A stretch of DNA of 64,000 bases from an uncultured Coriobacteriales bacterium (GCA_902464015.1 CABQHM010000010.1:345-64344); one strand, 5' to 3'. Positions 36,329 through 44,967 are shown, numbered from the stretch's first letter. A program made the numbers and translations. The notes: generated from the sequence alone by a model not told the origin.

Positions 36329-38290
36329 ATGAGCAAGACCGTTTCGCGTCGCGCCTTCCTGACCAGCGCTGCAACGGCCACTGCGGGCATCGCCGCAGCA
36401 TCCGCCTTTGCAACCTCCGCCTTTGCTGCCGGTGGCCCCGGCGGTGGCCCTGGTGGCCCTGGCGGCCCCGCCAAGGAGGTTGTCTACGCTTCCGCTGAGA
36501 CCACCGACGACGGTCGCGTCAAGGGCTACTGCGGCCCTGGCGACTGGCTGGGCACCAAGCCCGAGATCGCCGAGGACCAGATCACCCAGACCTACGACGT
36601 CGACGTCGTCGTGCTGGGCGGCGGCCACGCCGGCCTCATGGCCACGCTGGGCGCCGTGGACGAGGGCTGCACCGTAGCCACCGTCGAGCAGCAGCCTTGG
36701 AGCGCCTTCGTTGACCTCGACGGCACCGGCGCTAACATGGGCGGCTGGTACGGCGAGGACATCGGCCATGTCAACTCGCAGTTCCTCATCGACCGCGGCT
36801 TTGGTCCCTACAACACCGGCGAGATTGCCGCCGAGTTCTGCAAGCGCGCCGCGGGCCGCGTGAACCCCGACATCATCAAGGCGTTCGTGCAGAATTCCGG
36901 CGCCATGTTCGACCGCTACAAGGAGGTCTACGACTCCTACGAGGAGGAGCGCAAGGCCAACGACTCCAACGTGCATCTCACCGGCACGCTCGTGGTGATT
37001 GACGGCGAGCCCGTGGCCGACGAGGGCGATTTCGACATGTCCAACATGTTCGATTACCCGCTGTGCAACACGCAGGCCGCATGGTCGGGCGCCAACGTGG
37101 AGTACCCCATCGAGTGCGGCGGCTACAAGACCTGGCCTTGCAACGCCCAGTTCTACGGCTACCACGGCAACGACATCGAGTTCGTGCACAAGTACATCAA
37201 GCAGTACACCGAGGAGAACGGCGCCACCTGGTACTTCGAGCACACCGGTGTCGAGCTCGTGCAGAACGAGGCCGGCGACGTGACGGGCCTTATCGCCACC
37301 GATGCCGACGGCAACTATGTGCAGTTCAACGCCGCCAAGGGCGTCATCCTGTGCGCCGGCGACTACATCGGCGACCCCAAGATGTGCTGGGCCCTGCTGA
37401 ACGAGGGCATGGAGTGGGGCGAGCGCTCCGGTGCCACCTCCGAGGACTGGGCGAGCGCCGGCTCGCGCTCCGGTGCCGGCCACAAGATGGGCATCTGGGC
37501 TGGCGGCATGATCGAGCCGACCCCCCGTGGCTGGATGGCCATCGGCGGCGGCGCAAGCGGCCCCTGGGGCACCTGCCCGCTGCTCACGCTCAACTCCGAG
37601 GGCAAGCGTTTCTGCAACGAGGGCGCCATCGCCCAGCTGCAGGCCGTCTGCCTGCGCCAGCCGGCCGGTCTGTCCTGCTACGTGACCGACGCCAACTGGA
37701 AGCAGACCGTGGGTTCGGCTCCCCTCGATCACGGCGCGCCCAACTTCGGCATGGACGACTACATGGTCCAGCTCGAGGCAGGCATGAACGCCGTTGAGGT
37801 GGGCAACCCCGAGGGCGGCTTCGTCGTCGGCGCCAACCTCGCCGAGCGCAAGATGATGGGCGGCACGGTGTACGCTGCCAACACGCTCGAGGAGCTGGCC
37901 GACATGCTCGGCTACGAAGGCGACGCCAAGCAGAACTTCCTCGACAGCATCGCCCATTACAATGAGCTGTGCGCCTCCGAGGACGGCGACACCGACTACG
38001 GCAAGGATAAGGCCTACATGGTGCCGATCGACACGCCTCCCTTCTACGGCGGCACGAGCAGCACCTCTCACTCCACCAGCCCCATGATGGTCACGATGAG
38101 CGGCCTTATGACCGACGCTGCCCAGAACGTCCTCAAGACCGACTGGACGAAGATTAAGGGCCTGTACGCCGCTGGCAACTGCCTGGGCGGCCGCTACGGC
38201 TTCGGCTACTCCACGCCCTTCGCCGGCAACTCGGTGGGCATGGCAATGACGCACGGCTGGCTCGCCGGTCACACCGTCGGCCAGCTGTAA
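36329..38290 (+). CDS. Tat-signal FAD-dependent reductase (FAD_binding_2 family) with Gly/Pro-rich linker
   Basis: MSKTVSRRAFLTSAATATAGIAAASAFATSAFA followed by AGGPGGGPGGPGGP. VVVLGGGHAGL. C-terminal GLYAAGNCLGG. GAAAGGA RBS. Confidence 0.9.
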   Translation: MSKTVSRRAFLTSAATATAGIAAASAFATSAFAAGGPGGGPGGPGGPAKEVVYASAETTDDGRVKGYCGPGDWLGTKPEIAEDQITQTYDVDVVVLGGGHAGLMATLGAVDEGCTVATVEQQPWSAFVDLDGTGANMGGWYGEDIGHVNSQFLIDRGFGPYNTGEIAAEFCKRAAGRVNPDIIKAFVQNSGAMFDRYKEVYDSYEEERKANDSNVHLTGTLVVIDGEPVADEGDFDMSNMFDYPLCNTQAAWSGANVEYPIECGGYKTWPCNAQFYGYHGNDIEFVHKYIKQYTEENGATWYFEHTGVELVQNEAGDVTGLIATDADGNYVQFNAAKGVILCAGDYIGDPKMCWALLNEGMEWGERSGATSEDWASAGSRSGAGHKMGIWAGGMIEPTPRGWMAIGGGASGPWGTCPLLTLNSEGKRFCNEGAIAQLQAVCLRQPAGLSCYVTDANWKQTVGSAPLDHGAPNFGMDDYMVQLEAGMNAVEVGNPEGGFVVGANLAERKMMGGTVYAANTLEELADMLGYEGDAKQNFLDSIAHYNELCASEDGDTDYGKDKAYMVPIDTPPFYGGTSSTSHSTSPMMVTMSGLMTDAAQNVLKTDWTKIKGLYAAGNCLGGRYGFGYSTPFAGNSVGMAMTHGWLAGHTVGQL

Positions 38291-38330
38291 AGGAAGACAC
38301 GGAACCTCGTCCGCTGTTGAATGATCCATG

Positions 38331-38372
38331 GGCCCCGCCCGCGCGGTTTTGGCGGGCGGGGCCTTTCTTCTT
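38331..38372 (+). terminator. Rho-independent terminator (or attenuator) between the flavoreductase and HemN-like genes
   Basis: ggccccgcccgc-N9-gcgggcggggcc followed by tttcttctt. Confidence 0.75.
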
Positions 38373-38401
38373 GATTGCCTCGTTTCGATTGGACGCACAC
38401 C

Positions 38402-39475
38402 ATGGATGCATGCATTGCACCTGCTACCGACAAACTTGTCGTCGACGTGGCGTTTCCCTTCACGCTGTCCACGCCCGCGTACGGTCCCAGTCGCCCGTTC
38501 ATGGGCAACCATGCCGCGAAGGCCGCCTATGTGGACGCGCTGGAGACCGAGCTCGCCTCCCTCGACGACGAAGTGCGGACGCGGCCTGTGTCTGCGGTAC
38601 GTCTCTCGGGCGGAGCAAGCATCATGAGCGCCGACAAGGTATGCCACCTGGTGCGACAGATTAAAAAAACGCTCACCATGGTACCGGGAGCGGAAATTTC
38701 CATCGACGTGGAGCCGCTGACCGTGTGTACGCCCAGCCTTACCGACTGGACGAGTTGCGGCATCACGCGCGTCAACCTTGCGGCCTTGTCCTGCGATGAC
38801 ACCGAACTTAGCGCACTTGGCGCTCACCACGCCCGCGAGCAGCTTCAAAATGCGCTGCTCTTCCTTGAAAAGTTTCACATGGCTAATGTGAACTTCGAGG
38901 TGCTATACGGCGCCCCGGGGCAGACAGAGGCGAGCTGGAAGCGCACGCTTCTCACCCTGGCTGGCGTCGACGCACCCCACATCAGCACGAGACCCCTGGT
39001 AGACGCCGCAAGCGACGCCGCCTGGACCGAGCAGGCCAGCGAGGCAAGCACGACGCAAGAGGGTGTCCCCGCTCCTGCCGCTCCCCTGCCCTCACCCGAA
39101 ACCCGACGTGTCTTCTATGAGCAGGCACAACGTATTCTCAGCGAGCGAGGCTATACCGAGGTTGCACCTGGCGACTTTGCCAAGTCGGGACTCGCTCCGG
39201 CATCGGGCGTGTTTGGGCCGCTCATGCGCGCAGGCGCCGACGTGCTTGGCTTGGGCGCAGGAGCCCGCAGCCGCCTTGACGGTTTCCTGTACGAAAACGC
39301 CTGCGACTACGACCTATATGTGGCCAAGTCCGCCGACTTCGAGGCGATTGTGCGCAACCCCCTGCGCGAGAACGAGCAATCTCTCCGCGCACGCGTCTGT
39401 CCGCCCGTCGAAAACCTCACCGCAGCCCAACGGTTTGAGTTCCTCGAAACCATGGGGGCATCGCTTGCGCGCTAA
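38402..39475 (+). CDS. HemN/HemW-like protein lacking the radical-SAM CxxxCxxC motif (paralog of 7673-8683)
   Basis: The cluster position reads VDVAFPFTLSTPAYG with no Cys. Family-like blocks VLYGAPGQTEASWKRTLLTLAGVDAPHIS and GYTEVAPGDFAKSG (HemN_C-like). Confidence 0.65.
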   Translation: MDACIAPATDKLVVDVAFPFTLSTPAYGPSRPFMGNHAAKAAYVDALETELASLDDEVRTRPVSAVRLSGGASIMSADKVCHLVRQIKKTLTMVPGAEISIDVEPLTVCTPSLTDWTSCGITRVNLAALSCDDTELSALGAHHAREQLQNALLFLEKFHMANVNFEVLYGAPGQTEASWKRTLLTLAGVDAPHISTRPLVDAASDAAWTEQASEASTTQEGVPAPAAPLPSPETRRVFYEQAQRILSERGYTEVAPGDFAKSGLAPASGVFGPLMRAGADVLGLGAGARSRLDGFLYENACDYDLYVAKSADFEAIVRNPLRENEQSLRARVCPPVENLTAAQRFEFLETMGASLAR

Positions 39476-39573
39476 ACAGCACGCCGCGCCCAACCATATC
39501 GCGTGGCCTCGGCGGCGAATGACGAATTGCGCCCGTCCTCTTGCGTCATCCCTTGAGTGCGCCGACTCATTAA

Positions 39574-39890
39574 TGGCAGCGAAACGAGTTTCGGTGCAGT
39601 GCGGGCGCCCCCGGTGGCAAACAAACAGGTTTCGGTGCAGTTTTGGCGGGTGCATTGGCAGCGAAACGGGTTTCGGTGCAGTCTATTCTCTGGCAATCCC
39701 GACGAACAACGAATTTTCCCGAATATTTCGTTGTAAAAACAACGAAAAGACTGATTTGACCTTACTGTTTTGATGCTCAGCCGGCTAAAAACAGGAAATC
39801 CGAACCTCAATCGTCTGCAATCACTGCACCGAAACTCGTTTGCTTGCCATTCGGGACCCCGGGACTACTCCGAAACTCGTTTCGCTGCCA
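39574..39890. repeat. Iteron-like array: three direct and two inverted 27-bp units at a 41-bp period flanking an AT-rich core
   Basis: Direct units start at 39574, 39615 and 39656 (tggcagcgaaacgagtttcggtgcagt and variants). Inverted units lie at 39823 and 39864. Each unit has an internal cgaaac-NN-gtttcg palindrome. The core at about 39690-39815 is visibly AT-rich and carries the hairpin ttcgttg-N6-caacgaa (39727-39746). Confidence 0.8.
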
Positions 39891-40064
39891 AGGGGTCGTC
39901 TTCTATACCCGGCGAATGGCACGTCGCTCCCATTCCTTTGTGTCATTGACCCGCTCGCAGCCATGGAGGCGTCACTAACGCGACAAACGACGCGCCGCAC
40001 CCACCTTCCGGCGCGACTCCCCAAGCAATATAGACACATTGCCCGTGCCTTATTACCCCCTGCG

Positions 40065-40475
40065 CTATTTTGCCTGCCTGCTCTCGAGGCTCTTTCGCTT
40101 GCCACATTCGGGGCAGCCGTAGCCTTGCAAGAGGCTCTTGGGGTAGGGCGACCAGGTATGGCCACACACGCGGCAGCGGCAATCAATGCGTGTGCGGGCG
40201 TTCACGTAGGGGGCGAGAAGCTCGACGTCAGGCGCGATGGATGCGGCCCGCGCGGCAAACGAGTCGGCCGTTACGCGCGCCGTGTCTGCGCATTCGGGAC
40301 ATCCCACACCTCGCAGCAGATGGTTTGGCACCGCATCCCACTCATGCCCACATGCGCGGCATCGGCAGGCAACCTTCGTGCGAGCGTTCACGTACTCCCC
40401 GAGCAGCTCGACGTCGGGCGCAACCTGGGCTAGCTCACAGGCGAACTCCTCAGGCGACTTGGCACGTGCAGACAT
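40065..40475 (-). CDS. Tandem zinc-ribbon protein (two CxxC...CxxC repeats), function unknown
   Basis: 136 aa. Internal duplication: PDVELLGEYVNARTKVACRCRACGHEWDAVPNHLLRGVGCPEC and PDVELLAPYVNARTRIDCRCRVCGHTWSPYPKSLLQGYGCPEC. Start taken at MSARAKSP. Confidence 0.55.
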   Translation of the reverse strand: MSARAKSPEEFACELAQVAPDVELLGEYVNARTKVACRCRACGHEWDAVPNHLLRGVGCPECADTARVTADSFAARAASIAPDVELLAPYVNARTRIDCRCRVCGHTWSPYPKSLLQGYGCPECGKRKSLESRQAK

Positions 40476-40603
40476 GGGCACTCCTTCATACCGAACGCAC
40501 GGGCAGCGAAAGCCAGCCCGCCGTTTTGCAAAGTTTTCCCACTCTCGAGACCCTCTTCTCTGTCTAACCAGCAAGTACAGCCTCGCAGCGGGCATTTTTA
40601 CGA

Positions 40604-41062
40604 TTAGGCCACGCTGACCTGGTGGACAAGGGCATCGAGGCAGTCCTCGAAAGAACCTTGCACCAGCGTGACCGACTCGGCAAGCATAAGATTCATGGGC
40701 AGGTCGAAGTCCTCGACATTGTAGCCGTGCGCGTCGACCCCGCCCATGCGATCGCGCATGGAAGAAACCTCGTCGGCATATGCCCAGACAGGCTTGTCGA
40801 GAGCACAGGCGAAACCCACCTCGAAGGCCGTGCCTGCATCGGGCTCGCAAGGTCCCCGAAATGGGTTGAGGTTCGCGACGACCACATCGGCCTCGCGGAT
40901 GAGCGCGACATTGCCCTCGTAGATGTCCCGCGCCGTCTGGGCCTCGTTGTCGAGCGGGTGCAGGGGCACCAGGCCACGGGCGCGGCAAGCCTCAATCGCC
41001 CGAATACGCCGCACGTCTGCGTCAGCGGCAAACACATCAAACCCCGCGATATACACCTTCAT
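40604..41062 (-). CDS. Nucleoside 2-deoxyribosyltransferase-family protein
   Basis: MKVYIAGFDVF..., NLNPFRG...PDAGTAFEVGFACALDKPVWAY matches the Nuc_deoxyrib_tr pattern, including the conserved acidic residue in DAGTAFEVG. Confidence 0.8.
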   Translation of the reverse strand: MKVYIAGFDVFAADADVRRIRAIEACRARGLVPLHPLDNEAQTARDIYEGNVALIREADVVVANLNPFRGPCEPDAGTAFEVGFACALDKPVWAYADEVSSMRDRMGGVDAHGYNVEDFDLPMNLMLAESVTLVQGSFEDCLDALVHQVSVA

Positions 41063-41089
41063 GGCCACGACCTCGTCTTTCTCGATTGC

Positions 41090-41971
41090 CTACTTATAAT
41101 CCCTGCGCAGGGACCTCATGTAGTCCATGAATTCGACCTCGGCCGGAGTGGACACATGATCGCGTCGATAGCATAGAGAAAAGCCCCATGGCAGAGCCCG
41201 CAGGGGCAAACCGACGGTCTTTTGCGATTCCGAGGTCGCTTCAACATGATTGCGACATGTAAGACCCAGGCCCATACCAGCGCGCGCACACTCATACACG
41301 CGCATCATTTCGCTTGTAAAACGAAACGTCGGCTTAACCCCGGCATCTGCGCAGAGTTTCATGAGATAGCCAGTATTGCGGTAATCGTCATTAACACTGT
41401 AGACCGTGCGTCCATCAAGATCGGCAAGCGTTACCTCACAAGCATCTGCCAGCTTATCGGCTCGATTTACCCAAACGAACTGGTAATCATTGACCAGGGG
41501 TATCGAGGCAAACGAAGGATCCGGAGGATTGACGAGCAACGCGTAGTCGCACTTTCCCTCAGCAAGGCACCGCTCGCACTCACTATCCGGCAACTCGTCA
41601 CTCACATATATCTGACAGTTCTGCGATTGGTTGAACGCATACAGTGCTCCTTCGCCCAGGTAGCCCAATACCCCCATCGAGCAACCCAGGCGAATGACAT
41701 TGGAGGCATGGGCATTGATAGCATCAAGCGCGCAGCGCATGCCCCTCTCTTCGTCCGCAATCGCCTGCCCATGCTCAAGAACGCACTTTCCCTGCTCCGT
41801 CAAATCAGAGGCCCCGAGCGCCCCTTCGTACATGGTGCAGGAAAGCTCTTCCTCCATGCGCCGCACGGCGCGCGCCAAGCCTTGCGGTGTAATACCAAGC
41901 TCTTTAGCTGCACGAGACACGCTGCGAAATCGCTCGATGCTCAGCAGGTATAGGTAGTTTTTCGTGTCCAT
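41090..41971 (-). CDS. LysR-family transcriptional regulator
   Basis: MDTKNYLYLLSIERFRSVSRAAKELGITPQGLARAVRRMEEELSCTMYE HTH. Divergent from the flavoreductase at 42294. Confidence 0.85.
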   Translation of the reverse strand: MDTKNYLYLLSIERFRSVSRAAKELGITPQGLARAVRRMEEELSCTMYEGALGASDLTEQGKCVLEHGQAIADEERGMRCALDAINAHASNVIRLGCSMGVLGYLGEGALYAFNQSQNCQIYVSDELPDSECERCLAEGKCDYALLVNPPDPSFASIPLVNDYQFVWVNRADKLADACEVTLADLDGRTVYSVNDDYRNTGYLMKLCADAGVKPTFRFTSEMMRVYECARAGMGLGLTCRNHVEATSESQKTVGLPLRALPWGFSLCYRRDHVSTPAEVEFMDYMRSLRRDYK

Positions 41972-42293
41972 GCTCCCCCAATCAACTCCCCACAACAGAC
42001 CAATCCGCGCACGAGCAAGGCAGTCGCTGACACATTATATGCGCAGCTCGGCTGCAATGCCTTCTGGGCAAAGACATGGCATCAGGCAAGGCAGCAACCA
42101 AACGGTTCAATTCGGAACCAGACTGTCCATCCGTTCAATATGAGCTTCTCTACCTGGAATTTTGTTAACACGTGCCTACCCGGTTCACATTGGAACCAAA
42201 ACGTTGGCTCCCATCTTCAAATCCCGGCCGTATCTTATGCGACGTCGACCGGGAAAGAGAAGTCCCGGGCAAAAACCACTGAGGAGGAAACAT

Positions 42294-43991
42294 ATGGCTC
42301 TTGAGATGACCAGGCGCAGTGCCATCGCCGCAACCGCAGCCGCAGCCGTGGCGGTCACCGCCACCCCCGCTCTCGCCGAGGAAGAGACGCAGGCTGCCGG
42401 TGGTTTTGTCACCGGCGAGGCCCTCGTCAGCAAGCAGGACTACTTCGGCTATACCTCCGAGGCCCCCTCGTTCATGACCGCCCCCGAGCCCGTGGCCGCC
42501 GATCAGATTGTCGCCACCCTCGACTGTGACGTCCTCGTCATCGGCGCAGGCCTTGCTGGCACCTCTGCCGCCCGTGCCGCCGCTGAGGGAGGCGCCAAGG
42601 TCATCTGCGTTGAAAAGATGCACCAGCCTTCTTGCCGTGGTGCCGGCGCTGGCACCATCAACTCCAAGCTGTCCTGCTCTTTTGAGGACGGTACCGTCAA
42701 AGACATCCCCGCAGCCGAGTTCCGCTGGATGCAGACCTGCGGCAACCGCCTGAACGAGGCTCTCGTTGCCAAGTACATGTACCGTTCCGGTGAGGCCGCC
42801 GACTGGCTGTGCGAGGCCGGCGAGAAGCACAAGTGCTTCATGGGAATCTGGGACGGCTACAGCCGTCATGAACTCCTGCCCGACGAGCCCGGTTACGTCT
42901 GTATGAGCGCCACCGACGACTCCGACATCAACCAGCCCTATGCCTCCTTCGTCGCCGCCGACGTCCAGTCCATCGAGGCAATGGCGGCAGGCGCCGAGTT
43001 CATGTTCGAGTGCCCCGCCCAGTATCTGCTCCAGGACGAATCTGGCGCAGTAACTGGTGCCATCGTCCTTGACGAAGAGGGCTACAAGCAAATCAACGCC
43101 CCGAAGGTCATCATGGCAACCGGTGACATCGGTGGCTCCGAAGAAATGATGCGTTACTACTGCCCCGAAGGCATCTCCATCCCCAGCGTGTACACCCCCG
43201 CCGGTGCCAACACCGGTGACGGCCACAAGATGATTCTGTGGGCCGGCGGTCACATGGGTCGCGCGCCCTTCGCAACCGCACTACACCCCCAGCGCTGGGC
43301 TGACCCGTTCTCCAACCAGCTCGAGGGCCCCTTCCTGTACGTCAACGAGAAGGGCGAGCGCTTCTTCAACGAGGGCACCTGGGTCCAGGCTCGCTCGCTG
43401 CAGATCATGCAGAACACGGCAGATGACTGCGCCTGGTCCATCTTCGACTCCAGCTGGCCCGAGGACCTCATGGCCTCCTTCCCCTACGGCGGCGGCATGT
43501 TCTGGGATATGTTCCGCTACAAGGGCGAGTCGGATTACCAGACCACGATTGACTACTACACGCAGTCGCTCGTCGATGCCGACGGTTCCACCTATGAGAC
43601 AGCCGACACACTCGAGGAGCTCGCCGAGAAGATCGGCGTTCCTGCCGACAAGCTCGTCGAGACCGTAAACCACTACAACGAGGTTTGCGCCTCTGGTGTC
43701 GACACCGACTTCTGCAAGCGCCCCGAGCTGCTCTTCCCCTGCGACACACCTCCGTACCACGCCTCCAAGGTGGGCGCGGTGCTTCTCGTAGTGTGCGGCG
43801 GCGCTGTCATCGACGCCAACTTCCAGTGCCTCGACGTCGACGGCAACCCCATCCCCGGCCTCTATGCCGTGGGCAACACCTCCGGCGGCACGGCCGAGGT
43901 CGACTACCCCATCAACGTGCCTGGCAACAGCCACGGCCAGGCCCTTACCCAGGGCTATCTCGCGGGCCGCATCTGCGCCGGCGTAGAGTAA
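42294..43991 (+). CDS. Tat-signal FAD-dependent reductase (FAD_binding_2 family)
   Basis: MALEMTRRSAIAATAAAAVAVTATPALA. VLVIGAGLAGTSAARAAAEGGAKV. C-terminal GLYAVGNTSGG. GAGGAGGA RBS. Confidence 0.9.
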   Translation: MALEMTRRSAIAATAAAAVAVTATPALAEEETQAAGGFVTGEALVSKQDYFGYTSEAPSFMTAPEPVAADQIVATLDCDVLVIGAGLAGTSAARAAAEGGAKVICVEKMHQPSCRGAGAGTINSKLSCSFEDGTVKDIPAAEFRWMQTCGNRLNEALVAKYMYRSGEAADWLCEAGEKHKCFMGIWDGYSRHELLPDEPGYVCMSATDDSDINQPYASFVAADVQSIEAMAAGAEFMFECPAQYLLQDESGAVTGAIVLDEEGYKQINAPKVIMATGDIGGSEEMMRYYCPEGISIPSVYTPAGANTGDGHKMILWAGGHMGRAPFATALHPQRWADPFSNQLEGPFLYVNEKGERFFNEGTWVQARSLQIMQNTADDCAWSIFDSSWPEDLMASFPYGGGMFWDMFRYKGESDYQTTIDYYTQSLVDADGSTYETADTLEELAEKIGVPADKLVETVNHYNEVCASGVDTDFCKRPELLFPCDTPPYHASKVGAVLLVVCGGAVIDANFQCLDVDGNPIPGLYAVGNTSGGTAEVDYPINVPGNSHGQALTQGYLAGRICAGVE

Positions 43992-44029
43992 ACGCTTAAG
44001 AGTCTCATCCCCCTGAAGGCTCTCTGCAA

Positions 44030-44070
44030 AGGCCCCGCAGGCAAGCCGAACGTCGGCACTCCTGCGGGGC
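44030..44070. terminator. Hairpin terminator between convergent genes
   Basis: ggccccgcagg-N19-cctgcggggcc followed by ttcctgtttg. Confidence 0.7.
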
Positions 44071-44229
44071 CTTCCTGTTTGAAACCGCAACCGGCGGTCC
44101 TGGCTACCCGTGGAACGGCTGGCGTGGGCCACCCTCGCCCGCACCTCCAACCCCATGGGGCTGCCGACTCTGACGCGCGCCTCTATTCTTCGGGCTTTCT
44201 CGCTGGGCCGTCGCCCCTGGTTCGTCCTC

Positions 44230-44829
44230 TTAATACCCCAGCTCTTCGCCGATGAGGACGACGTCCATGCGGGCGATGCCCATGGGCTTGCGGTCGAGGA
44301 TGACGGTGGCACGGCAGATGCGGTCGGCGCAGTTGCAGTCATGGCAGCGCATGGGCTCGCTGAGGACGCAGGGCGTCTGCTTGCCAAACCTGCGCGCGTT
44401 GAGCGGGGAGGCGACGTTCTTGGCCCTGGCGATCGCCGCATGCAAGTTGGGGGCGAGCTTGTTGATGCCGGCGACGAATACAACGCGGTCATGACCGTAG
44501 ATGGTAGAGGCCACACGGTTGCCCATGCCGTCTATGTTCACAATCTCACCCGTCTCGGAGATACCGTTTGCCGAGCTCAGATATGCCTGGGCATGCGCGG
44601 CGCGGTCGCGCTCCTCGGCGGTGGGCTGCTTCCAATGCCAGTACACCTCACCCTGGTCGGTAAGGGTTTCGTAGAGACCCATGATCTCGACGGTCTTGCT
44701 GCCGCCGATGCCCACCGACATACCCCTGAGCTCGCCGGCAACATACTCGGCCGCCTGAGCAGCGGTTTCGAAATACACGGCGTCAAAACCATGGCGCTTC
44801 AGGTTCGCAAGGGCAAGCTCGATGTTCAT
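44230..44829 (-). CDS. LUD-domain (lactate-utilisation YkgG/LutC-like) protein with C-terminal Cys cluster
   Basis: 199 aa from MNIELALANLKRHGFDAVYFETAAQAAEYV. YLSSANGISETGEIVNIDGMGNRVAS is typical of LUD domains. C-terminal CVLSEPMRCHDCNCADRIC. Confidence 0.75.
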   Translation of the reverse strand: MNIELALANLKRHGFDAVYFETAAQAAEYVAGELRGMSVGIGGSKTVEIMGLYETLTDQGEVYWHWKQPTAEERDRAAHAQAYLSSANGISETGEIVNIDGMGNRVASTIYGHDRVVFVAGINKLAPNLHAAIARAKNVASPLNARRFGKQTPCVLSEPMRCHDCNCADRICRATVILDRKPMGIARMDVVLIGEELGY

Positions 44830-44842
44830 AGGCCTCTCCTCG

Positions 44843-44967
44843 GTGTGCGTAGGCAATCGCCTGCGGCGGATTTGGCCATATTCTAGCAAGCGCGCAGGTA
44901 ATCGCCCATAACAGGCCCAGGCATATTCCGGCAAGCGCACGGGTAATCGCCCGCAACAGATTTCGGC
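44843..44967. repeat. About 2.7 copies of a 45-bp tandem repeat directly upstream of the LUD-domain gene
   Basis: The core gg(c/t)aatcgcc recurs at 44852, 44897 and 44942. Units gcaagcgcgcaggtaatcgcccataacag and gcaagcgcacgggtaatcgcccgcaacag. Confidence 0.75.

Noticed and set aside
36329-38290. Calling any of the flavoreductases cgr2 or another named enzyme (UrdA, FrdA)
   Set aside because: Only family-level features are visible. I cannot verify orthology without an alignment or database search, so no gene symbols are assigned.
36254-38878. 874-aa minus-strand ORF spanning the flavoreductase 36329-38290 and the start of the HemN-like gene
   Set aside because: It crosses a terminator hairpin and two well-supported plus-strand genes. 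It is Arg/Gly/Ala/His-rich with no motifs.
39574-39682. Possible CRISPR array (three direct 27-bp repeats)
   Set aside because: The spacers are only 14 bp. There are only three units, which are followed by inverted copies. There are no cas genes, and the repeat has relatives at a second locus. This does not fit CRISPR architecture.
40065-40988. 307-aa version of the minus-strand ORF, extending the Zn-ribbon gene upstream through the NDT gene region
   Set aside because: The N-terminal 170 aa are Arg/Gly/Pro/Cys-rich junk and overlap the well-supported NDT gene in another frame. Only the C-terminal 136 aa, from MSARAKSP, show a coherent duplicated Zn-ribbon structure.
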